Below are positions 10,353 to 21,109 of a DNA stretch of 64,000 nucleotides, one piece after another; the stretch's first letter is position 1; each line of letters opens with the position of its first letter. The notes below the pieces were generated by a model, which did not search any database, was not told the origin of the DNA, and was given only the letters and a program-made list of their open reading frames with translations. The stretch is from Trueperaceae bacterium (GTDB lineage: Bacteria > Deinococcota > Deinococci > Deinococcales > Trueperaceae). The stretch spans positions 3,456,001 to 3,520,000 of the forward strand of contig OZ243956.1 in NCBI GenBank assembly GCA_965214405.1, given 5' to 3'. The translations under genes and the position numbers were made by a program.

Positions 10353-11402
10353 ATGACACAACTCACCCAAGAAAGACCCCTCAACGTAGGCATCATCGGC
10401 GCGGGCGGCGTGTCCCTCTTTCACTATGAGGGCTACACCGCGGGCGGCGCGAACATTGTGGCGATTGCGGACCTCAACGTGGCGGCGTTGGAGCGCCGTC
10501 AGAAACAGTGGAACATCCCGCGGGGCTACGAAAACGTCGAAGAACTTCTAGCCGACCCCGACATCGAGGCGGTGTCGGTCTGTTTGCCCAACGCGCTGCA
10601 TCACCCCGTCACGCTGGCGGCGGCTCGCGCGGGCAAGCACGTGCTCTGCGAGAAGCCCATCTCGCTCTCCTTAGAGCGCGGCGAAGAGATGATTCGCGTC
10701 TGCCGCGAGGCGGGCGTGGTGCTGCAAATCGGCCACCACCTGCGCTCGGACGCCGCCGCGGCAAAAGCGAAAAGCATCATCGAGTCGGGTGGATTAGGCC
10801 GCCTCACCTACATGAGATTGCGTCAGGCGCACGACTGGGGCGGGGCTGAAAGCGTCCGCGATTCGTTCGGCAAGCTCGCCAACTCGGGCGGAGGCACGCT
10901 GCTCGACAACGGCTGTCACATGATGGACTGGGCGCGCTTTTTCGGCGGCAACGTGGCTGAAGTATATGGGCGCACCGCCACCCTAAAGTTTGACGTGGAG
11001 GTCGAGGACACCTCGGTCGTCAGCCTCACCTTTGAGTCGGGCGCGCTCGGCACGGTCGAGAACGCCTGGACGGCGACGGGCTGGGACTACGGCTTCTGGA
11101 TTTACGGGACGGAGGGTGCCTTGGAGCACACCAACCGCTACGGTACCCCTGTGTTGCGCCACTTTTTCCGCGAAACCTCGGGGACGACCTGGGCGGAACC
11201 CGATTTAGCCACCTACTCCTTTGGCGGCCTTGCGGCGCACACGCAGGCGGTGGTTGACTTTTTGGCCGCGATTCGCGGCGAGCGCGAGGTGGTCTGTACG
11301 GGTGAGGACGGGCTCGAGGCGGTGCGGCTGGTACTGGCGGGCTACGAAAGCGCGCGCCTCAACAAGGCTGTGCCGGTTGGGGAGGTTGTCGCGGCGCATT
11401 AA
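10353..11402 (+). CDS. Gfo/Idh/MocA oxidoreductase
   Basis: GIIGAG Rossmann motif, KHVLCEKP, GGGTLLDNGCH. Confidence 0.92.
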   Translation: MTQLTQERPLNVGIIGAGGVSLFHYEGYTAGGANIVAIADLNVAALERRQKQWNIPRGYENVEELLADPDIEAVSVCLPNALHHPVTLAAARAGKHVLCEKPISLSLERGEEMIRVCREAGVVLQIGHHLRSDAAAAKAKSIIESGGLGRLTYMRLRQAHDWGGAESVRDSFGKLANSGGGTLLDNGCHMMDWARFFGGNVAEVYGRTATLKFDVEVEDTSVVSLTFESGALGTVENAWTATGWDYGFWIYGTEGALEHTNRYGTPVLRHFFRETSGTTWAEPDLATYSFGGLAAHTQAVVDFLAAIRGEREVVCTGEDGLEAVRLVLAGYESARLNKAVPVGEVVAAH

Positions 11403-11528
11403 GGTTGCAAAATTTTTTAGCTCAGGACGGTGGGGAGTTTCCTCGCTGTCCTCTTTGTTAAGGTCTTCAGCACACACCCTCTAATCGCAGCTCTAACTCA
11501 ACCCTGCGCCGCACCTGCGCAGGGTGCT

Positions 11529-11933
11529 TTACATGCCTTCATTCTCGGACACGGCCTCGCTGTTGGCCTCGAGCCACCTTGCAAACGCCTCTTCTTCAAC
11601 CTCACGCGCCGCGAGCGCCAAGGTCATCTGCACCGTCTCGTCTTCATCTAGTTTCGTGATGTAACCGTTTATCTCGATAAAAGTAAGCGCGACGGCGAGG
11701 CCGGTGCGTTTGTTGCCGTCAACAAAGGGATGATTTCTGACGACGCCGCCCGCGTAGGCAGCCGCCAACTCAAAAATGCCCGGTTCACCGTAGACATAGA
11801 GGTTTTGCGGACGGGTGAGAGCGGCTTCTAACCCTCCCTCGTCTCGCAGACCTGGCGAACCGCCGAAAAGCTCTAAAAGATAGGCGTGCAAAAGGGGAAC
11901 GGCTTCTCGCGGAAACCATACCGGCTCCCTCAC
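11529..11933 (-). CDS. doc: Doc (Fic family) toxin
   Basis: HPFVDGNKRTG motif, GLRDEGGLEAAL.RP. Confidence 0.93.
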   Translation of the reverse strand: MREPVWFPREAVPLLHAYLLELFGGSPGLRDEGGLEAALTRPQNLYVYGEPGIFELAAAYAGGVVRNHPFVDGNKRTGLAVALTFIEINGYITKLDEDETVQMTLALAAREVEEEAFARWLEANSEAVSENEGM

Positions 11934-11935
11934 CC

Positions 11936-12175
11936 TTATTTGGCTAACTCCTCAAAAGCGTTGCGGTAGCGCTGCACAATGTTTTTGGCGACCTCTAATG
12001 TTTCTTCAACCTTCTGACTATAGGGCACAATCTCAAACCCACCTCGGTCTGTTTCCACCAAGAGAATTTTGTCGCCCGCCTCGAGCCCGAGCCTGGTCGC
12101 AATTTCAACCGGCAGAACAATACCGGCTGAATCGCCGATGGTTCTAATTTCGGTTTCGACCACAGCTTTGCTCAC
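11936..12175 (-). CDS. AbrB/MazE-type antitoxin
   Basis: RTIGDSAGIVLP, LGLEAGD, RYRNAFEELAK; directly upstream of doc. Confidence 0.9.
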   Translation of the reverse strand: MSKAVVETEIRTIGDSAGIVLPVEIATRLGLEAGDKILLVETDRGGFEIVPYSQKVEETLEVAKNIVQRYRNAFEELAK

Positions 12176-12340
12176 ACCATAACGTTAGCACACTTCTTAC
12201 GAAAAGAAATTTTGGCGCTCGAGCGAGCGTACCTTAGTAAAGCCGTGCCGGTTGGTGAGGTTGTCGCGGCGCATTCGGTTTAGCCCAACCCGAACGTTCA
12301 CCAAGTGACGCGGCAAGTTTTGTGCCCTCGGCTTAGCGGT

Positions 12341-13477
12341 TCAGTAGTTCAACCTGTACAGCCCGTACGCCTGCCGCCGGTTGACGCGGTCCGGGGTCAG
12401 CCGAAGCGCGGTGTTGCGAAGCCCCCGCAGCCAGAGCGCTTCCACATGAGCCAAGCGCCCCAACCACCACGCCGTGTTGACAAGGCGCGTCGCCTTGGGC
12501 TGCCGGACCCGCGCGTAAGCGGCGAACGCGGCTTCTACAGATTTCTCGTGCGCCAGCGCCTCAGCAAGAACGTAGGCGTCTTCAATGGCCTGCGCCCCGC
12601 CCTGACCGAGGTTCGGGGTCATCGCGTGCGCCGCGTCTCCGACGAGAACGACCCGGCCCTCAGACCAGCGCGTGATGGGCGCGAAATCGTGGAGGTCCAC
12701 GCGGAGGATGTCTTGCGGGGGCGTGTGCCGGATGATGGCCGGGACGGGCGCGGGAAAGTCGGCGTAGCGGTTGCTGAGTTCTAGCACGTCGGGTAGTTCT
12801 CGACCTCCTGCTGGCGCGGTGGCCGGAGCAAACCAGTAAACCCGGTCCTCCGCGACGGACGAGAAGCCGAACCTGTGCGCCCCGCCCCACACCTCCCAGA
12901 CGGTGCGCTCGAGGTCGGGCGGTAACCGCACATTGGCAACACCCAAATAGCACGTCTGACCGGAATAGCGAAGGGGGGTGTTTGGAGAGACCGCCTCGCG
13001 GACTGCGGAACGAACGCCGTCGGCACCAACGATGACGTCGCCTTTGGCGTGGGTGCCGTCGTCAAAAGAGGCCACCGCGCCAGAGTCATTGGAGTCAATT
13101 TTGATACACCGTTTCCCGAGATGGAGCGTCCCGGCGCGGAGCGCGCCGACGAGGACGGCCTGAAGGTCGGCGCGGAGGATGGACACGGTGGTCCGGCCAA
13201 AGCGCGCGTGAACGTCCCTTAGGTCAATAGCCTGGAGAACGCCGCCGTCTTTGTCGCGCACCTCGATGCGCTCCAACGCCACGCCGCGCGCGGCAACGGC
13301 GTCCCCAAGCCCCAAGCGGTCAAGGACGAGCATCGCGTTTGTCGGTACCCAGATGCCTTTACCAACGGGACCTAATTCGGCCGCCGATTCATACACGTGA
13401 ACGTCGAGCCCGCGGCGCTGCAAGGCAACCGCCGTGGCGAGACCGCCGATACCGCCGCCAATGACGCTGATGTTCAT
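12341..13477 (-). CDS. FAD-dependent monooxygenase
   Basis: GGGIGG, GADGVRS, GDAAHAMTPNLGQGG. Confidence 0.92.
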   Translation of the reverse strand: MNISVIGGGIGGLATAVALQRRGLDVHVYESAAELGPVGKGIWVPTNAMLVLDRLGLGDAVAARGVALERIEVRDKDGGVLQAIDLRDVHARFGRTTVSILRADLQAVLVGALRAGTLHLGKRCIKIDSNDSGAVASFDDGTHAKGDVIVGADGVRSAVREAVSPNTPLRYSGQTCYLGVANVRLPPDLERTVWEVWGGAHRFGFSSVAEDRVYWFAPATAPAGGRELPDVLELSNRYADFPAPVPAIIRHTPPQDILRVDLHDFAPITRWSEGRVVLVGDAAHAMTPNLGQGGAQAIEDAYVLAEALAHEKSVEAAFAAYARVRQPKATRLVNTAWWLGRLAHVEALWLRGLRNTALRLTPDRVNRRQAYGLYRLNY

Positions 13478-13564
13478 GCTAAGACCTCTTATGACACGGA
13501 CGTCAGGTTAGTCCAAAATCAGAAAGTGATGGAGGAAGATAGCGTTTTCTCCCGCACGGCAAGC

Positions 13565-15775
13565 TCACGCCTTGAGACCCGGTCTGGCCCGATATATCCG
13601 GGTCACGTCGGAGATTTTGAGCACGTTATCTTTAATAAACTCAATCTCGCCCTGGTCTCTCACGTCCACGCGGAAGTGGATGCGGGCACCCACCGAGTCG
13701 CGCACGTCGGCGTTGACGCGGGTGGCGGACTTGTTCATCGCGCCGATCACGTTGAGCACGTCTTTTAACAGGCCGGGCCGGTCTACCGCCACCACCTCGA
13801 AGTCGACCGAATAAACCTCGCCCGCGGGCGCTTCCCAGGTCACGTTGACCAGCCGCTCGCCCTCTTGCTGCATGAGGTGTTTGACGTTGGGGCAGTCAAT
13901 ACGGTGGACGCTCACCCCGCGCCCCCGCGTAATGTAGCCCACCACGTCGTCGCCGCGCACGGGCGAGCAGCAGCCCGCGAGCTTGGCGGGCGCGTCGAAG
14001 CCGTCCACAAAGATGCCGCCGGTGCCGCGCTTGACCGGACCCGTCGGGGCGGGTTTTTCGGGGGGCTTGACCGTATCCGGCGCTAAAGTCTCGATGACCT
14101 GCTTCGTGGTGACGCGCTTGCTCGACAAGGCCAACAACAAATCGTCCGCCGAGTCCGCGCCCAGGAGCGTTTTGGCGACCCCCTCGAGCCTCCCCTTCGT
14201 CGTGTACTGGCCCACCGGGAAACCCTTGCGGCGCAGGGCGCGCTCTAAAGAACGTTTGCCGCCGTCAAGCTGCCCCTGCCGCGCCTGCTGCCGGAAATAC
14301 TGCCGGATTTTCCCCTTCGCGCTCCGCGTGACCGCCACAGAAAGCCAATCGGGCGAGGGGGCGTACTGCGCGCTCTTGTTGGTCAGCACCTCGACCCGGT
14401 CGCCCGTTTGCAGCTCATAACTTAAGGGAACGATCTCGCCGTTCACGCGCGCGCCGATGCAGCGGTGGCCGACTTGCGTATGGACGTGGTAGGCAAAGTC
14501 GATGGGCGTCGAGCCGCGCGGCAGGTTGATGACGTCGCCCGCGGGAGTAAAAACGAGCACGCGTTCGCTCAAAAAGTCGCTCTTGACCGTTTCGACAAAC
14601 GCGCCCGCGCTTTCTGTGGCGCTGTTCACGTCTAAGAGTTGCTTCATCCACTCGAGCCGCTTCTCGACCTCGCGCACATCACTCAGACCCTCTTTGTAGG
14701 CCCAGTGCGCGGCGACGCCGAGTTCCGCCACCTCGTGCATCCGCTTGGTGCGAATCTGCACCTCGATGGGCTGACCCAAGAGCCCGATGACGGTGGTGTG
14801 GAGCGACTGGTAGCCGTTGGGCTTGGGCACCGCCACATAATCCTTAAAACGACCCGGGATGGGCGTCCACAGCGAGTGGACGATACCCAAAGCGCGGTAG
14901 CAGAGCGCCTTTTCCTGATCGTCGGGGCTTAAGGAGGAGCCGTTCTCCGTGTCGATGAGCGCGCGAATCGCCATGAGGTCGAAAATTTGGTCCAGGGTTT
15001 TGCCGTCGCGCTGCATCTTGCGGTGGATGCTGTAGAGGTGCTTGGAGCGTCCCGACACCTCGAAGCGCAGGCCCTCCTTGGCGAGGCGGTCCTCGAGCAG
15101 CCCGATGGAGCGCTTCACGTACGCCTCGCGCTCGGCGTGGCGCATCCGCACCTGGCGTTGCAGGCTCTCGTAGCGTTCGGGCTCTAAGTAGTAAAAGCTC
15201 AAATCCTCCAGCTCGTTTTTGATGTGGTTGATACCCAAACGGTGCGCCAGCGGCGCAAAAATCTCCAATGTCTCGCGGGCGATGCGGGTCTGCTTGTGAG
15301 GCGGCATACTCGCTAAGGTGCGCATGTTGTGGAGCCGGTCGGCAAGTTTGACGAGGATAATGCGCACATCATTCGTCATCGCCAGGAGCATCTGGCGCAG
15401 GTTCTCCGACTGCTCATCTTCGTAGACGCGCACCGCGAGCTTGCTGATTTTGGTCTCGCCCTCGACGATGCGGCGCACGGCGGGGCCGAAGCGCGCCTCT
15501 AAATCCTCCAAGGTCACGTCCGTATCTTCCACCGTGTCGTGCAAAAGCCCCGCCGCCAGCGCGTCGGCGTCTAAGCGCATCTCGGCCAAAAGCTCGGCGA
15601 CCGCCACGGGATGCGTAATATAAGGCTCGCCCGACTTGCGCGTGACACCTCGGTGCGCGGCCTCGGCGACGCAATAGGCGTCCGCAAGGCGCGCCTGCGC
15701 CTCCGCTCCCAAATAGCTCGTTTTGCTTTGTAAACCCTGGAGAAGTGCGTCCATCAAGACATAAAAGTCTATCAC
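13565..15775 (-). CDS. rel: RelA/SpoT (p)ppGpp synthetase/hydrolase (start may be ATG 15754)
   Basis: HDTVED hydrolase, KLADRLHNMRT, GYQSLHT, TGS (DFAY), C-terminal ACT domain. Confidence 0.96.
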   Translation of the reverse strand: MIDFYVLMDALLQGLQSKTSYLGAEAQARLADAYCVAEAAHRGVTRKSGEPYITHPVAVAELLAEMRLDADALAAGLLHDTVEDTDVTLEDLEARFGPAVRRIVEGETKISKLAVRVYEDEQSENLRQMLLAMTNDVRIILVKLADRLHNMRTLASMPPHKQTRIARETLEIFAPLAHRLGINHIKNELEDLSFYYLEPERYESLQRQVRMRHAEREAYVKRSIGLLEDRLAKEGLRFEVSGRSKHLYSIHRKMQRDGKTLDQIFDLMAIRALIDTENGSSLSPDDQEKALCYRALGIVHSLWTPIPGRFKDYVAVPKPNGYQSLHTTVIGLLGQPIEVQIRTKRMHEVAELGVAAHWAYKEGLSDVREVEKRLEWMKQLLDVNSATESAGAFVETVKSDFLSERVLVFTPAGDVINLPRGSTPIDFAYHVHTQVGHRCIGARVNGEIVPLSYELQTGDRVEVLTNKSAQYAPSPDWLSVAVTRSAKGKIRQYFRQQARQGQLDGGKRSLERALRRKGFPVGQYTTKGRLEGVAKTLLGADSADDLLLALSSKRVTTKQVIETLAPDTVKPPEKPAPTGPVKRGTGGIFVDGFDAPAKLAGCCSPVRGDDVVGYITRGRGVSVHRIDCPNVKHLMQQEGERLVNVTWEAPAGEVYSVDFEVVAVDRPGLLKDVLNVIGAMNKSATRVNADVRDSVGARIHFRVDVRDQGEIEFIKDNVLKISDVTRIYRARPGLKA

Positions 15776-16061
15776 ACGCTCCCGTAAAACGACCGCGCCA
15801 CGAGACGGGTGCGGCTAAGTAGGAATAAAGGTTCGGCTTTTCGAGCTCGGTTACGCGAAGTGAGGTTTTGTATAGACACCTCCGCCAGCGCGTGACGCGC
15901 GCACATAAAAGTGAGATAGTTCACGCTAAGCTCTCCTTACAGGGGTGTTTTTAGCAACGTAACTTAGCGCGCGCTGATCGAAAAGCTCGAGCCTTTCCTC
16001 CACCCGTGCCTGCGAAAGCGTTTTGGCTACGTTGCTCGCCCAGCACCCCGCCGGAGGCTCT

Positions 16062-16445
16062 ATGCGTTACTTCGTCCTGTTTACCGTTCTCCTTTTGGCC
16101 GCGTGTTCACAAACGCCCCCGCCCCAAAGCGTCATGTCGGCGGGTTGCCAAAACATCAACGACGCTTTTTACGACAGCGCCTACCTGTCGGGCAACGTCT
16201 ACTTTAGCCCCTTTAAGAAGGGCGAAAGCGTGACGGTGAGTTTAGAGCCCGCCGCTAAGGACCGCGCCACCCAAATCTGGCTCATCGTCAGCGACGCGTC
16301 GGTGAGTCCCAGTCAGGACTTAGTGACCTGGCGCGCCGAGAGCAGTGAACCCCTGCGCTACACCTTCCCCCAGGACATGAGCCAGGCTGAGGTGTATTGG
16401 TCGGCGGACGCGGGGGTGCCGGAGTGGGCGATTGGTTGCGAGTGA
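16062..16445 (+). CDS. Hypothetical lipoprotein
   Basis: GGAGG RBS, lipobox LLAAC. Confidence 0.75.
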   Translation: MRYFVLFTVLLLAACSQTPPPQSVMSAGCQNINDAFYDSAYLSGNVYFSPFKKGESVTVSLEPAAKDRATQIWLIVSDASVSPSQDLVTWRAESSEPLRYTFPQDMSQAEVYWSADAGVPEWAIGCE

Positions 16446-16521
16446 AGAGAAAGAGGCTCGAGCCCAACAGGCAAGCCAAAGAGAGCACTTGACTCGAGCC
16501 CCGATAAGGGTCTGTGAGACG

Positions 16522-16559
16522 AAAAAAGAAAGGAGGCTCGAGTCTGACTCGAGCCTCCT
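16522..16559 (-). terminator. Intrinsic terminator of the large lipoprotein gene
   Basis: Perfect arms AGGAGGCTCGAGTC / GACTCGAGCCTCCT followed by a U-tract on the minus strand. Confidence 0.7.
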
Positions 16560-16628
16560 ACTGCTATTAAGGTTCAGGGGTTTGTTCGGTCAGCGGTTGG
16601 GCCACATTACCCTCCGAACGGCGCACCT

Positions 16629-19600
16629 TTACTGGGCAACGTCGCCGCTGTCGTACTTGGCGACGAAGGCGTCACCACTGCCCGCGCTCGTTTTACCGGG
16701 GAGGCTGCCGTAGGTGGACCCGCTCACGTAGACGTTGCCGTCGGCGTCGGTGGCGACGCCGTAACCCTGGTCATAAGTGCTGCTGCCGAACTGCTCGACC
16801 CACTTCTGAACGCCGCCGCTGTCGTACTTGGCGACGAAGACGTCGTAATCGCCCGCGCTCGTGTTGCCGGGGAGGCTGCCGCTGGTGGACCCGCTCACGT
16901 AGACGTTGCCGCTGGCGTCGGTGGCGACGCCGTAAGCCCGGTCATAAGTGCTGCTGCCGAACTGCTCGACCCACTTCTGAACGCCGCCGCTGTCGTACTT
17001 GGCGACGAAGACGTCGTAATCGCCCGCGCTCGTGTTGCCGGGGAGGCTGCCGTAGGTGGACCCGCTCACGTAGACGTTGCCGCTGGCGTCGGTGGCGACG
17101 CCGTAAGCCTGGTCATAAGTGCTGCTGCCGAACTGCTCGACCCACTTCTGAACGCCGCCGCTGTCGTACTTGGCGACGAAGGCGTCGGCATCGCCCGCGC
17201 TCGTGTTGCCGGGGAGGCTGCCGTAGGTGGACCCGCTCACGTAGACGTTGCCGCTGGCGTCGGTGGCGACGCCGTAAGCATCGTCATGAGTGCTGGTACC
17301 GAACTGCTCGACCCACTTCTGAACGCCGCCGCTGTCGTACTTGGCGACGAAGGCGTCCCAGCCGCCCGCGCTCGTTTTGCCGGGGAGGCTGCCGTAGGTG
17401 GACCCGCTCACGTAGACGTTGCCGCTGGCGTCGGTGGCGACGCCGTAAGCATCGTCATGAGTGCTGGTACCGAACTGCTCGACCCACTTCTGAACGCCGC
17501 CGCTGTCGTACTTGGCGACGAAGGCGTCCCAATCGCCCGCGCTCGTGTTGCCGGGGAGGCTGCCGCTGGTGGACCCGCTCACGTAGACGTTGCCGTCGGC
17601 GTCGGTGGCGACGCCGTAAGCATGGTCAGTAGAGCTGCTGCCGAACTGCTTGACCCACTTCTGAACGCCGCCGCTGTCGTACTTGGCGACGAAGACGTCC
17701 CAATCGCCCGCGCTCGTGTTGCCGGGGAGGCTGCCGTAGGTGGACCCGCTCACGTAGACGTTGCCGTCGGCGTCGGTGGCGACGCTGTGAGCCTTGTCAG
17801 TAGAGCTGGTGCCGAACTGTACAGGCCACGCTACCGCCTGCACCACCGTGACGGATCGGGTCGCCTCAACCTTGTTGCCCGCCGCGTCGCTGGCAACGGC
17901 TTTCAGGGTGTAGCTGCCCGCTGCTGCCGGGGTGTAGGGGAGGCTCCAGTCGCCGTTGCTGGGCGTTGTGCTGCCAAGCGAGGTCTCGCTCCCGCCCTTG
18001 ACCTCGAACACCTCGACCTTGCTCACGTCTGCGTTGTCGCTGGCTGTGCCCGTCAGGGTTACTTTCTCGCCCACGGTCAGCTTGCCGGGGTCGTTCAGGG
18101 TGACGGTGGGGGCGGTGTCGTCTACGTCGGTCACGGTGACGGTAAAAGCTTCTTCAAAGCTGGCGTCGCCGTCACTCACCTTCACACGGACGCTGTAGCT
18201 GTTCTTGTTTTCAAAGTCGAAACTGGCGTCGGTCTTCAGCTCGTCGCCGCTGATGCTAAAGCTGGCGTTGTCATCGTCACCTGCACCCGCAACCAGGCTG
18301 TACGTAAAGCTGGTGCTGTCGATGTCGCTGGCGCTGAAGGTGCCGACTACCGTGCCTGCGGGCTCGTTTTCGGTCACGCTGTTGTTGTCCAAGCTCAAGC
18401 TACTGGGCGCGTCGTTCACGCTCTTGACGGTTACAGAGACCGCTACGCTGTCGCTACCGCCGTTGCCGTCGCTCACACCTACCGTAAAGCTGTCCTCGCC
18501 AAAGTAGTTCTCACTGGGTGCGTAACTCACCTCGCCCTGCGCGTTCACGCTCGCCTGGCCGTGGGCCGCGGGGGCGCTTACGCCCCAGGTGAGGGTGTCG
18601 TTGTCATCGTCACCGGCGCTGAGGCTGAGCGTGCCGCTCTCGTCCTCGTTAACCGTCAAGGTGACCGTCTCGTCTCCTTCGATAACCGGGGCGTCGTTGA
18701 CATTGTTGACGGTAAGGGTGAAGGTGTCGCTCGCGTTTGCGCCGTCTTCATCCGTGGCCGTCACGGTGATGCTGAGGCTGCCGACATCCGCGTTGCCGGG
18801 GGTGCCGCTGAAGCCGCCGTCTGTGAAGCTCAGCCAGGCGGGCAGGACGCCACCATCTTCTAAAGTAGCACTGTAGGTGAGCGTGTCGCCCTCGTCCACA
18901 TCGCTGAAGTTTGCTGAGACGTTCAAGCTGAACGCTTTGTCTTCATCAATGTTCTTGTCACCGATAGCGCTCGCCGTCGGCGCGTCGTTCACTGCCGTCA
19001 CGGTGAGGCTGACGGTGACAACGTCGGAATCGTCCGAGCCGTCATTGGCCTTGAAGGTAAAGCTGTCTGGGCCGACGTAGTTGTTGTCGGGGGTATAGAT
19101 CAGTTGCCGCGCGTCGCTCGGCGCTAGCCCGCTCGGCTGGAACGCGCAGTTCGTCGAGGGCGAACCGTTCAAGCTCGTCTGGCAAGGGCTTGGGTTCGGG
19201 AAAGAAAGGCTGCCGTGGCCGGGTTGCGTCACAACCTCGTAGGTCAACGCGTCGCCGTCCGCGTCGCTGCCGGAGAGCGCGATGTCGAGCGGGGTGTCTT
19301 CTTTGGTTTCAACCGTTTGCGCTTTAGCTACAGGCGCGTCGTTGACCACACCCAGGTTAACCGTGACGGTCGCCTCCGCCGAGGTTGCCTCGCCGTCTGA
19401 GACGGTAAAGGTAAACACGTCCGCACCGTTCTCGTTCTCTTCGGGGGTATAGGTCACCTCGCCTGTTTCCTGATTGATGCTGCCCAAGCTGCCTTTCGTT
19501 GGCTCTATAACGATAGCAAAGTTCAGTGTAGTGCTCTCTACATCGCTACCTGTCAGGGTGAGGACTTTGGGCGTGTCCTCTTCAGTGCTCACTTCTTGGG

Positions 19601-20846
19601 CGTTGGCTACCGGCGTGTCGTTAAGCGCGTTTATCGTGATCGACACCTTTGCCTCCGCCGAGGTCGCACCGCCATCCGAGACGGTGAAGGTGAAGGAATC
19701 TGCACCGTTATAGTTCTCGCCGGGCGTGTAGATCACCTCCCCCGTTGTTCGGTTGATGTCACCTAAGCTGCCTTTACCCGGCTGCTTAACGACGGCAAAG
19801 CTCAGTGCGTCGTCCTCGGCGTCGCCGCCCGCGAGGGTGACGAGGACGGGAACGTCCTCATCGGTCGTGACGCTCTGCGCCTTGGCAACCGGCGCGTCAT
19901 TAACCACGCCTAAGTTGACCGTCACCGTGGCCGGGGCGGAGGTTTTCTCGCCGTCCGAGACCGTAAAGGTGAAGGTGTCCGCGCCGTTCTCGTTCGCTCC
20001 GGGGGTGTAGGTCACCTCGCCCGTACTCTGGTTGATGGTGCCCAAGCCGCCCTTGCTCGGCTGTGTAGCAATCGCAAAGGTGAGCGCGTCACCCTCCGGG
20101 TCGTTGCCCGTCAGGGTGATGGTGACCGGCGTGTCCTCTTCGGTACTGACCTCTTGGGCGGTCGCTGTGGGCGCGTCGTTTACATCCCCAACGGTGAGCG
20201 TGACCGTCGCCACGGCAGAGGTTGCCTTGCCGTCGGACACGGTAAAGGTGAAGGAGTCTTTGCCGCTATAGTCTTGCTTAGGGGTGTAGAGCAGCTTCGG
20301 CGCGTCACCTGAGAGCTTGCCGTAAGCAGGGGCCGTCACGATGGTGTAGGTGAGCGCGTCGCCGTCCGGATCGCTGCCTGTGAGCGTGACCGCGATGGGC
20401 GCGTCTTCGGGTGTGCTGAACGACTGGCCTTTGGCGCTGGGCGCGCGGTTCCCGGCGGCCACCGGCTCGTTTTCTTCGGTGGCAACCATCGCGGAAGAAC
20501 TCACCTCGCCGTCCGCGGTGACGCCGTAGCGGTAGAGCGTGCCGGGGGTGACGCTGGTGTCTTCGTATTCCGTAACATTCTCCGCCACGCTGTCGAGCTT
20601 GCTAAAGGCTGAGGCTTGCTGGGTGCCGAGACCCGCGGCGTCTGCGGAAGCCTCGCGCCTGTAGATGGTAAAGCCTGTTTCGTTGTCGCTTCTATCCTGC
20701 CAGCGCAGCGTGACCACGCCCTCGCCGGGGGTGGCGGTGAGGCCGGTAGGGGCCGTGGGTACATCCCTTGTAGCATCGCCCCCGCAGGCTGCGAGCAGCA
20801 GGGCGATCAGTAGAGACCAAAGGGTCATGTGGAGCTTACGGTGCAT
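16629..20846 (-). CDS. Large surface lipoprotein: FN3, Big_9/tandem-95 Ig repeats, cadherin-like, Ig, 7-blade SBBP propeller
   Basis: Lipobox LLAAC, repeated VNDAP...[15 protein letters not shown] units, LPAWLSF, seven VATDxxGNVYVSG blades. Confidence 0.88.
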   Translation of the reverse strand: MHRKLHMTLWSLLIALLLAACGGDATRDVPTAPTGLTATPGEGVVTLRWQDRSDNETGFTIYRREASADAAGLGTQQASAFSKLDSVAENVTEYEDTSVTPGTLYRYGVTADGEVSSSAMVATEENEPVAAGNRAPSAKGQSFSTPEDAPIAVTLTGSDPDGDALTYTIVTAPAYGKLSGDAPKLLYTPKQDYSGKDSFTFTVSDGKATSAVATVTLTVGDVNDAPTATAQEVSTEEDTPVTITLTGNDPEGDALTFAIATQPSKGGLGTINQSTGEVTYTPGANENGADTFTFTVSDGEKTSAPATVTVNLGVVNDAPVAKAQSVTTDEDVPVLVTLAGGDAEDDALSFAVVKQPGKGSLGDINRTTGEVIYTPGENYNGADSFTFTVSDGGATSAEAKVSITINALNDTPVANAQEVSTEEDTPKVLTLTGSDVESTTLNFAIVIEPTKGSLGSINQETGEVTYTPEENENGADVFTFTVSDGEATSAEATVTVNLGVVNDAPVAKAQTVETKEDTPLDIALSGSDADGDALTYEVVTQPGHGSLSFPNPSPCQTSLNGSPSTNCAFQPSGLAPSDARQLIYTPDNNYVGPDSFTFKANDGSDDSDVVTVSLTVTAVNDAPTASAIGDKNIDEDKAFSLNVSANFSDVDEGDTLTYSATLEDGGVLPAWLSFTDGGFSGTPGNADVGSLSITVTATDEDGANASDTFTLTVNNVNDAPVIEGDETVTLTVNEDESGTLSLSAGDDDNDTLTWGVSAPAAHGQASVNAQGEVSYAPSENYFGEDSFTVGVSDGNGGSDSVAVSVTVKSVNDAPSSLSLDNNSVTENEPAGTVVGTFSASDIDSTSFTYSLVAGAGDDDNASFSISGDELKTDASFDFENKNSYSVRVKVSDGDASFEEAFTVTVTDVDDTAPTVTLNDPGKLTVGEKVTLTGTASDNADVSKVEVFEVKGGSETSLGSTTPSNGDWSLPYTPAAAGSYTLKAVASDAAGNKVEATRSVTVVQAVAWPVQFGTSSTDKAHSVATDADGNVYVSGSTYGSLPGNTSAGDWDVFVAKYDSGGVQKWVKQFGSSSTDHAYGVATDADGNVYVSGSTSGSLPGNTSAGDWDAFVAKYDSGGVQKWVEQFGTSTHDDAYGVATDASGNVYVSGSTYGSLPGKTSAGGWDAFVAKYDSGGVQKWVEQFGTSTHDDAYGVATDASGNVYVSGSTYGSLPGNTSAGDADAFVAKYDSGGVQKWVEQFGSSTYDQAYGVATDASGNVYVSGSTYGSLPGNTSAGDYDVFVAKYDSGGVQKWVEQFGSSTYDRAYGVATDASGNVYVSGSTSGSLPGNTSAGDYDVFVAKYDSGGVQKWVEQFGSSTYDQGYGVATDADGNVYVSGSTYGSLPGKTSAGSGDAFVAKYDSGDVAQ
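16643..17830 (-). repeat. Seven near-identical 171-bp coding tandem repeats
   Basis: GTCGTACTTGGCGACGAAG recurs every 171 nt (16650, 16821, ...). Confidence 0.93.
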
Positions 20847-21109
20847 GTAACCATCCTCCCAAAACGCTTGACTGACCTGCCCACAAAGGCGAGCGAGGTT
20901 GCGTTTCGTGAGCTAAGCGTAAAGAAAAGATGAGGGCGTTTGTGCGCAGAACTTAACGTGTAGCGGGTGCGTGTGGGATTTTCTACGACGTGTTTTTGAC
21001 TGGGAGTGATTCTACTTGCGCAAACAGACAGAACAGACGTATGTTAGCCCCTCTTGCGCATTAGGGAATGTCTGCGGCTGGACGGGCGAACCAATGTAAC
21101 TTGCGCACC

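Larger units (their letters stand above)
11370..12275 (+). repeat. 31-bp direct repeat pair (11370-11400 and 12245-12275) flanking the TA module
   Basis: GTGCCGGTTGG(G/T)GAGGTTGTCGCGGCGCATT, one mismatch. Confidence 0.85.

Noticed and set aside
16643..17830. Repeats as a CRISPR array or DGR template/variable pair
   Set aside because: Contiguous in-frame coding units with no spacers, no cas or reverse transcriptase gene, and differences not adenine-specific.
17286..18863. 525-aa plus-strand ORF with internal repeats
   Set aside because: Antisense shadow of the repetitive lipoprotein gene; no RBS or domain signal.
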